From assembly GCF_000143415.4 (NCBI RefSeq), contig NW_003314347.1, forward strand, positions 124,001 to 188,000: DNA of 64,000 bases, read 5' to 3'. Source of the DNA: Selaginella moellendorffii. Taxonomy: Eukaryota > Plantae > Lycopodiophyta. Shown here piece by piece: positions 55,238 to 64,000 of the stretch. The notes under the pieces were generated by a model. That model did no database searches. It was given only the letters and a program-made list of their open reading frames with translations, and was not told where the DNA came from. Position 1 is the first letter of the stretch; each line of letters begins with the position of its first letter. The position numbers were made by a program, and so were the translations under genes.

Positions 55238-56409
55238 TCGGGACCGAGACCGAGACTGAGGCCGAGGCCGAGTCCGAGTCCAAGTCTGAGTCCGAGTCTG
55301 AGTCCGAGTCCGAGTCCGAGTTCGAGTCCGAGTCCGAGTCTGAGTCCGAGTCCGAGTTCGAGTCCGAGTCCGAGTCTGAGTCCGAGTTCGAGTCTGAGAG
55401 GGTGAAAGCCCACCCAGACCCTAGGGGGTTTGGTGAGCTCCAAAAGTATAGTAAAGGGGAGGACTGCAGTGGAGCCAGTTTGGCCAGGAAAGGCCAGTTT
55501 GGCCAGGAAAGGCCAGTTTGGCCAGGAAAGGCCAGTTTGGCCCAGGAAGGCTGTACCCAGTGTTGGGTGATGAGCTGCCCACTGGGAAGTCCAAGAATAG
55601 AGTGAACACGGACCGACAAGCAGGGTAGCTTGGTGAAGTGTTCAAGAGCTGGCTCTAGTTCCCCTGGGAGATCGACTGGCCGATGCTCCCAGTCCAAGTG
55701 TGGGTGGCACTACCTACTTGGATACCAGGAGTGGCTCAATGGAACCTCGCTCTAAGCCCATGGCTAGAGCACCCAAAGGCAGAAGGCGAGGAGAGTACCC
55801 ACGAGGCTTGCATAAGGCCACGGTGTTCCGAAATGTTATCCCAAAGGCCTAGACTGTGAAAAGGAAGAGGAGTAGACCTCTGGTGTAGTGACCAAGGATA
55901 CAGTCGTGTAGTGAGGAAGTCCCAGAGGACCATGGGACTTAGTGGTCGAGCTTGTGGGCCTTGATCCAGTGGCAGGGTTGGCGAACACGGCCAAGGACAA
56001 GTGGGGACCAAAAAGAAGATATTGGGGAAGGCTATTCCCCATATCTGTGGGCATCTTAAGGATGCTAAGGAGTGGATCTGGGATGACCACTCATGGACGG
56101 ATGGCCCAATCTTGGAGAGACGAGATTGCAATGCAGGTGGTGTTGGACCACCGATGTGACCAAAGTGATTGGGCATGGCCTAGTGTAACGGGCTGGTATG
56201 TTGGTGGTGCCTTGGGGTGTCGGTCATGGGACCGGACATGTGGAGCACTTGGACCAAGTGCAAAGGTTGAGTGGCATGGATGCCATTCTCGGGGCTAGCA
56301 AGCCCCAAGTCCTGAGTGGGACTTATGGAAGTTGTGAATGAGACTCCTCCAAGTGGTCGAAAGTGTGGTTAAGTGACTAAAGTAGAATGGAAAAAATTAG
56401 TCGCTTACA
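54657..56409 (+). mobile_element. 5' LTR (~1.75 kb) containing tandem repeats, followed by a tRNA-iMet PBS
   Basis: TG…TACA termini; PBS TGGTATCGGAGC at 56413-56424; homologous to the solo LTR at 49129-50619. Confidence 0.92.
54890..55550 (+). repeat. Graded tandem arrays inside the LTR: (GAGATGGAGTCC/GAGATGGACC)n, (GAGACC)n, (GAGTCC)n, then a ~19-bp GGCCAGTTTGGCCAGGAAA repeat
   Basis: Read directly from the sequence; a shorter decayed version lies at 49360-49630. Confidence 0.95.
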
Positions 56410-59400
56410 ACTTGGTATCGGAGCTGTTTCTTAGTCCAACTTTTATTGGTGGCCAAGTATATCACCACTTGTATTGGAATTGGAAAGTCCTAGGTATGGA
56501 CCTATCCTCGAGGAGTAGCATGTTGAGAGGACATGGCTCTCCACTCAAGTTCATGCGTGAACTTGTGCACGATGTGGTGGATGGAAAAGGGCCAATAAGA
56601 GAACGACTTTGGGATCTTGGGAATAGTATGAGGGTTTCTTCAGAGAGTTGAGGATGTGATCCAGATGAGCGTTTGACGCAGCAAACGGGCTAATGTAATT
56701 GTGGTAAACAACTATAGTTGGGATCACGGGAAAGATGCAAACTCCAAGACGATAGTGGAGTCACAAGATTACCCTCATATAGTTGAAGCTGGTGCTCATG
56801 AATTTGAGACCGGAATTAATGACCGTGGAAGGTCAAATACGGAAGAGGACACAAGTCCTTGAAATGGCAGCCAGGGCTACCTTTAATAAATGTTGGAAGA
56901 ACCCAAGGAGTTAGGGGTGTACTTAAAGGATGAGTTGGTATTCTCATCACATGGACAAGTGGTCCTAAGGGGCAAAAGGTTGCCCCAAGAGAACAAATCA
57001 AGTGTCAGAGTAACACTTGCAAAGATGGTCTTTGTGAGTAAGACTTGAATACAAGAAGTTGTATTCCAGTGAGCTGGGACCTCATGGGTCGTCGGATGAC
57101 AAAATCCAAAAAAGCTGGAGGACTCAAATAGAGTCAAGGAATAATCCTAAAGGATTGATGGAAGCATTTGGACTAAGGTGTGTTGTACCCCACGAATGAT
57201 GGGGGGGGGGGGGGGGGGATCATAGGATCCAAGGATGAGAACAGAGGGTATCTCATCGATGGCAGAATGTGCTATGCTAAAGTGTTGGGAAAAGTGTTCC
57301 TAAAAAAAGCAACTTTGGTGCAGAGTTAGTGCTAACGGATAGTTGGCATGAGAAACGACTGGGTTGGTCTTGGCAAAGACCTAGACACAAGTGCAAAGTG
57401 TCATAAAGGCAGACGCATGGAGCCAATAGTGTGGAGACACTAAATGGGCCAAGGTGTGATGCCTTGAGGTTATATTGATGGGTTTATGAAAACCCCTTGC
57501 CAATGGAATCCCAATGGAAATGGGAATGGCATAGCCTATGCTGGAAGGCATGTGGTTGGAGTGTGGTGACCCAGATAATTATGGAAGTGTAGAAGCACTA
57601 AGCAATGAGTTGTAGGACTTGACAACTATGAGGCAACTAAGCATGAGGTGTAAGTAATTGGTTAAACGGGTAGAAGGTAGCTACCCAAGACTTCTTAATG
57701 GCATAAAAAAGTTAAATATACCCCTTTCAGGAATAAGTTGCTTATGTTGCGATATAGTAAGTCAATGTCATAAAAGGAAATGCTCATTGTCAAGGATGCC
57801 ATCATTGGGACACCCAAACACTCTAGAACCCCAAGAGGTGGTGTTTGGAGTCACAAGGGCATTAGATAAGGCCCAAGGGACTAAGTCTCTAGTGAATGAT
57901 GGATAGGAGGTGCTATCCAAACATCCAAGGTTCTGGAAACGGGAGAAATCCGTCTACCCGATTTGGACAAAGCAAAAAATGGGATTTTGGCAAGGCTAGT
58001 AATGGGCATATAGAGGCCCATAAGTAGCAACGTTAATCCCGGTGTGTGGGATTATAAGGTGAACATGCCCAGATTGAGGAACCACTCCCTAAGCTATTGA
58101 GTAGGTTCATCCCTATGAATACTTGCTAAGGCATGGTAGAAGGTGCAAAGCTATCTTCCTAGTTTGAAGGAGAATAACCAAAGGAAACATATGAGGCCAA
58201 AAGGCAAGTAGTATTGGGATGGAATTGAACCATAGAAATCGAAGAACATAACCAATGGTGGTTATGCAAGGTGGGAATGGAGAATCAAGAAGGTGCTCAA
58301 GGATGTTATTACTAGCAACCGCGATGCCATGGAGAGTCTAAAATGTGGAATTATCCATGTTAGACCATATAGGGAGTAGGGAGCTTGCAAAGGAGAAGCC
58401 TTAGCAAGCTAAGGAACAAAGTTCCTTGAAGGTTCCCAAAGACAATTCTAGGTAGATAAGTACCTAGAAAGCCAAGTGTAAATGGTTCCTAGAGTGCGCG
58501 AAATCAGAGTGGCGCAGTAAAAGCGTGGTCTTGAAGCTGGCCATGAGGCAAGGCTATCAAGGTTGGGGAAATAGTTCCCGAGTGTTCAAAGAGAAGGCTT
58601 TGAACGAAAATCGATGGTTAAAGACTTTCACACTTATGCATGAATCATGTTACGGTGGCCAGATGATTTGCTAAGTGGGATTGGCAAGTCAGGGGAATAA
58701 ATCCCTTAGTTGAAGGTGCTAACTTCAAAAGGGGTGGCCCATGGGGCCGAGCAAGGAGGAGTCCATGCATGATCACAGACTTGTTAAGTGAGAGGACTTG
58801 GCAATGTGGAGGAACTAGGTTCCTAAGTTGTGATCTATAGTGCGCTTTAAGTATATGATGGTGCACTGGCGTGGGGAGTCACGCCAGGCATCCAGTGTGA
58901 TGCCATCCGTAGATGCATATACGAAGGTTGGGTTTGAGTCCCGACCCTCTAGTGCTTGGGTTCGAGTCCCAAATCACTAGGGCGTGGTGATGGTTTGGAA
59001 TATGAGGACACTCATTTTTCAGTGATCATGGACTCTCAGTGAGGAGACTGGTTTGGGCACACTGCCAAGCGGGGGATGCCCCGGAGTTGTGATGCATAGT
59101 TAGATTGCTTAGTGTGAAAGCTCAACATATCTAAGTTGAAAACTTTGGTGCAAGTGGCACCAAGGACGTGGTGAATGAGATGGGGACACCCAGTCTCAGT
59201 GGCTATGAACCCTTGGCCGGATGGGCTGGCTTGGGTGCACCTCCAAGTGTGGGGGATGCCCCCGAGGTCATGGTCAACAACTTAAAGGTCTAAAAGATCT
59301 AGTACTTATTGGCAAACCTATTAAGGTGTTAAGGTTAGATCACTACGTGATCTTATGGCCAAAACAAGGACAAGGTCCTTGTGAGGTTAAGGAATAAAGT

Positions 59401-59820
59401 TTCAAGTTCAAAGTGTTGATTGGAACTATTGATGATGGTGTGGCTTGGTCAAGGTGACCAAATGAGAAGGACACCTAAGGGAAATGAAATATGTCAATGC
59501 GATGGCATAGTGAGTCCAAGAAAAGTAGTCTCAATAAGAGATCCAAGGGAGGGTCTCAAAAGTTGGGCCGTGGATAGAGCCCATAGAAAAAAAAAATGTT
59601 AAAAAGACGTACTAGAGGTGAACACCCTCTGGACTTGGAAAGCAAAGTCTTTGCTATGGAATCGAAAGGATACCTCGAGAATGGAGGTAGGGATCTGATG
59701 TTGCTAAGTGCAACAATCAAGGATAAGAGCAAAAGACTAGAGGCTAAGAAAAAAGCCATGGGAATCATGGGAAAGAATCCAAAACACAAAGTTAGGCCAA
59801 AAACGCTAAAAACTCTATTT
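56410..59820 (+). mobile_element. Non-coding or decayed interior of the large-LTR element (long leader or LARD-like)
   Basis: Follows the PBS; no recognisable gag/pol ORF over ~3.4 kb; contains a hairpin cluster at 58860-59280. Confidence 0.6.
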
Positions 59821-59997
59821 CGTTAAAGTGGGATTTATTCAGTAAAATGGGACTAGGTACAAATTTTCAAGTATTTGAAAATGACGTGAAATTATATGTT
59901 TTTTGTCCAGGGGCTAGACATATCTGGGGCATGGTGACTAGCGCGGTGACTTTGTGTCCAGACTGAGTCCATCTGGTTGTATAATAAATCTCATTGT

Positions 59998-61403
59998 CAA
60001 GGTGAACAAGCCGAATCTGAAGCTAAAGAAGAGCGATGGCTTGTGCGCACACACTATTTGTTTGTTCATTGAGCGTGTGGTGAGCTTTCCAAGATGAACG
60101 TCATTCCTATTAGCCAGACATATAACTTAATGGTGAGAACATTTAGATATTATTCAATGTTATCTTTTTCTAACGAATCTAATTGTGAAGGTGTAGCAAG
60201 AGGCATTGCTAGTCTGGAGAAGTCATTTAACTCATTTGACCCTTAGTGTATTTTCATGAAACTAAATAACATTCATATTATTAAGGAATTTCTCTAGTAC
60301 CTTTTTTTTATGACATAGAGGCTTGCATTTCTTTCAAAGGTGATTTAGTAAAAGGCCTGAGGGCACATGCCATTCTATTTCTCAGACCGGTATTAAGATA
60401 TACTAGTGCAAAGGGAAAAAGGTATTCGGTGATCAAGTAAATGGCATGAGGGCACACGCCATTATAAGCCTAAGCGCTAGTGGACACCTCCTTTTTGGTA
60501 CTCTTAGCAGTACTATCATCCTTCTCCGGGTCAGTTGTTTTGCTTTGGATTGTTGTCTCTGACGTTACTGGGGCGTTCTCGATAGTTGTTAATGTTGCCG
60601 TTTGTTCAGAAAAATGATCACCTGGAGTATAGTACGGGGAGTTTGGAAGACTTATATATTCTACATCTTCACCTATCTCCTTCTCCGTCTCCTTTTCTGC
60701 CTCACTTACAGATTTTGTGCTTGCCATGAGAACGGTCTTCACCCTAAAATATGGAGTTCGTTGTGTTATAAAAGGAAACCAACACACACGCTGCAAGGGA
60801 ATGATGGTACATAAAGCACGTAAGCCCACAATATGGGTTTATGTGCCATTAATATGGGCCACATGCCATATTATTAGATTTATGCACGTGTGATTGGTAA
60901 ATGCATATGTCACATCATCTTTGTTTTACCTCACACACTATATCAAGCCTAATGAACCATATCACATGTGCGCACATGCTATATATATGGAGAAGTATTA
61001 TGCAAGGATAGAAAAATTCAATGCATGATTGTGGAGAGCAATGGCATGAAGCCACATGCTAAATAACATTTTAGAGAAAGAATTAAAATAGAAACATGCA
61101 AACAGTACTGAGTGCAAGACTTAGAAGTGCACAATTGAATGAGGTATTTCTAATAAATATTTCACTCACCTCATATAGGAATGGCTACCACTCTCAAATG
61201 GCGTATCGCCTCATGCCATCACCTCGCAATTTGTTATAACAATCCGATGAATTCATATTCGGCTTGTTCACCTTGAACTTTAAGTAAGATTTGCTAGAAC
61301 AACTAAGAATTTATACTTGTTATTTGTATCATCTCACCTAGGAATGGCGTAAGGCCACATGCCATCATGCCTCCTCTGATTCAAATTCGGATTGTTCACC
61401 TTG
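59998..61403. mobile_element. TIR-bounded non-autonomous DNA element(s) with repeated ATGGC-N-GCCAT palindromes
   Basis: CAAGGTGAACAAGCCGAAT at 59998 and inverted copies ending at 61275 and 61403. Confidence 0.65.
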
Positions 61404-61437
61404 AAATAAAATACATTAGAAACTTAGTAAAGGAATA

Positions 61438-64000
61438 TTAATGAATCTCACCTTGAACCCGGGTTATGAATGCTCTTGCTGCATCTCTTGCATGGTCTGG
61501 CAAGGTGATGGTGGCACTTTGCTTCCGCATCCAACCATGCACAACATTATCCATCGATATGCTCATGCTGGGATCCCTTGGATTCAGCACCCATCTCTTT
61601 TCTAGGCAATCCTTCGTATATCCGGAACTTGGCTTGAACCACTCCACAGTTACATTGAAGGAGTTAGTTTCCGCGTCCTCCTCTGCATCAGTGATGCAAC
61701 GCCCCACCCATATCATTTATTTTTTATTACTGGGTCTGACAAGCACGACCATTCCTTTGCAGACCTGTACTGGATTGAATGCTGAATCCGGCTTCTTGTT
61801 CCTCGGCCCACAATAGTGATCCTCAACATCGTTATCTGTCACTGCATTTCCAGAGGACATTGTTCCGCTACTATCTGGTGCTCTGGGTTCTGGCCAAAAG
61901 GACTCTTCCAATTCTTCATATACAACCGGCCCATTTTGGATAGCAGATATAATCTTCTCCCAGTATTCGATCAAAGGCTTGCACCTCTGAAAATAGGATT
62001 CTCCACCAAACACCAACCCCCTCTTCCAGAAGGCAATATGCTGTCTAATCCCGGCCACTATACTTTCCTGGTCTTTGAGTCCATCCGGGTGCATCGGCCG
62101 TGGGGAACCCTGAGGAATCATAAGTTCACCAGTTATGGGATCTCTCTTGAAGAGTTCAATGCCGTCCACTGGCAGCCACACTGTGTCCCATTCTCTCATC
62201 TTGTACCTCATCACTGGAGCACCGTCACGCATGCTGAAATGAAACTGAAGAGGCTTGGAGTGGCCAATCAGCGTTTCGGATCCGTCCCTGATGTAGCCTC
62301 TTATAAACCCCTTAAAGTCTGGAACCTCTGTCACAAGTGCAGCTTCAACAGTGCCTTTGATGCAATTTTGGAATTCATCGTAGAGTTGTGGGAGGGTGAG
62401 GACATTGGATCGCCGGAGGGACTCTGCCAGGTGACTGAACATGGCATCGACGTCTTCATGAGTGTGCCCAACCATGAGAAAGCCAAGTGTAACCGTTTCA
62501 AATATGCCTTTGGCAACAAGCATCGCCAAGTACGCGAAGACGTACATGTTTTTGTTCTCACTGCCAGCATTGTCTGTTTGGAGCAGAAGATGGGGTGGAA
62601 GGCCACATCGGCCGCAAGAACTTCCTTGAGATTCTGCTTCGTTTGGATGAGGCTGTGCATTCACCGGGCGACCAGCCTCGTCGGAATGGCATGAGGCCTC
62701 ACGTGATAACCCTACAATCTGACGGCTAACATATTCACTGGGATGGCATGGGGCCCCACGCGATATTGCAAGCCTTTGCTCCTCCTCCAGCTGAACCCTA
62801 TATGGGGTTCGATCGACAAGGGCCTTATGCAAGGGTTGGCCGTTCAGCTCAGTCTGCGCACTTTGCAGAGACTTTAAGTGTTTTGCTAGGGACGCAATCA
62901 TCATGTTTGCACCCCCACCACCCCATAGAGGTACAAAGAAGTTCCCATAGTTCTGGGCACCATGCCCATGAGCGATTATGCCAAACAGAGACACAGGCAG
63001 CTGCATGGATGAAGAGATTGCCTTGGGGGCAGGATTGAGTCGAGGTAAGCACGTCTTTTTCTAGTCCATTTTGTCGTGGATGATGCAGAGGTAAGAGTCA
63101 GGTCTCTCCATGGAGAGAATCCTGTTATGATAATATGCAGTCCTGCAGCTTCTTTGCTCGATGTTGTAGTCGAGCCGCCTTCTAACCAACGTCTCTCGCT
63201 CTTAAGCGATGCAAGAATTCTTCGACAAAGCCATTTTGATAGCAGTGCACTCGTCACACTTTGAAAAGCTGGAGTACTTTCCTATACTCACATCCCTGAA
63301 CCTGTTGCTCCACAATCTACTAAATCTAGATTGGCTCAGCTTCCTGTAGCCATTACTCTGGAGTTCCCGATTCACATCTTCCAATATGGCCCCCTTGGTA
63401 TACATGGAAGGGAGAACTCGTTGGGTGTCTCGAGTTCCATCTTCCAAGAGGCGGGTTTTATGTGGTTGCTGCTCGCTACATGTCTCGACAAACCTCTTGA
63501 AGATTGCCTCTTCATATACAACATGACCCCTGGTTTTGTGAGTACCGTCGTTCCCATGGACTGCCTGTTGAACCCTTTGTTCCTCGAACTCAGTTTTGAT
63601 TCTGTAGAATGTGGTTCGAGGGACTCCATAAATGATTCTCCATGCCTTCATGCAGACCAAACCCCTCTGGAAGACCATGCCCCCCACCTGATGTTCTGAA
63701 GCATCAACAGATGACCGTAATGCCTCATACACAAAATTGCGAGCTGCCTTCCAGGACAATGTCTTGTATCTTGCTCTCTCCTCTTCAATAGCATCCCAAT
63801 CAGCATGTTGACAGCACCTCCTCTTGCAACAAGCAACTGTCGAGACCATTCGAACCTCCATCGCCATTTTCTGCCTTTTCGGTTCGTTGCTCAGATCCCT
63901 TTGGCTGCGCTTTAGGAAGGTGTACTTTCTTTTCCCATGAAGAGATGTTCTGTCATCAGTTGTAGTGGTGTTTGATTGTGAATCCTTCACATTCTCAAAC
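61438..64000 (-). mobile_element. Disabled Sola-like DDD transposase; 5' end lies outside the window
   Basis: Cys-rich region (CCKRRC, FSKCDEC), IIHDKMD, LQTDNAGSENKN, FLMVGHTHEDVDAMFS; premature stops at 63202, ~63062 and 61717 plus a frameshift. Confidence 0.78.

Noticed and set aside
54890-55550. Possible CRISPR-like array
   Set aside because: Head-to-tail repeats with no unique spacers, no cas genes, and a eukaryotic context
54674-55697. ORFs rich in SD, ES, RD or LG dipeptides resembling bacterial Sdr adhesins
   Set aside because: They are translations of hexamer tandem repeats inside an LTR and are open in several frames on both strands
57201-57218. Poly-G run as a G-quadruplex or second PPT
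   Set aside because: No LTR follows it and homopolymer length is unreliable
58949-58981. Second tRNA gene
   Set aside because: Only a T-arm-like hairpin, with no cloverleaf; kept as a finding instead
60470-60829. Ser/Thr/Glu-rich ORF inside the TIR element
   Set aside because: Low complexity with no supportable product, though it could be an exon of a TE accessory gene
61816-62694. 292-aa plus-strand ORF
   Set aside because: Antisense shadow of the transposase with no recognisable motifs

Overview
Eukaryotic plant nuclear DNA, most likely the lycophyte Selaginella (inferred from intronless PLS-E PPR genes, 45-70 nt introns, very short intergenic distances and GC-rich exons; not verified by search). 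Bases 1-41 kb are gene-dense: PPR, tRNA-Lys(UUU), AP2/ERF, a tandem kinase-pseudokinase, anoctamin/TMEM16, a UGT pseudogene, a rearranged segmental duplication (RBR E3 ligase, Dabb protein, PPR, AT-rich bulb lectin), VPS4, cyclin C, FTR catalytic subunit, DBP2/RH20 helicase, LDIP, histone H2B, TAG-family glycosylase and TRB/SMH. Bases 41-64 kb are a nested transposon island: a full-length Ty3/Gypsy element with 175-bp LTRs, older decayed copies, a solo LTR, a TRIM, a chromovirus-like pol, a large LTR with a non-coding interior, and a decayed Sola-like DNA transposase. Most notable signals: (1) a ~200-nt rod-like RNA hairpin spanning a candidate poison exon in the long DBP2/RH20 intron; (2) a helical N-terminal domain + kinase + RLK-pseudokinase tandem kinase; (3) a duplicated, covarying RNA module with possible kissing tetraloops in an LTR element; (4) a -1 frameshift slippery site plus pseudoknot; (5) an RBR E3 ligase fused to a TTP-type CCCH finger. 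All base pairings were worked out by hand, with no folding software or database search.
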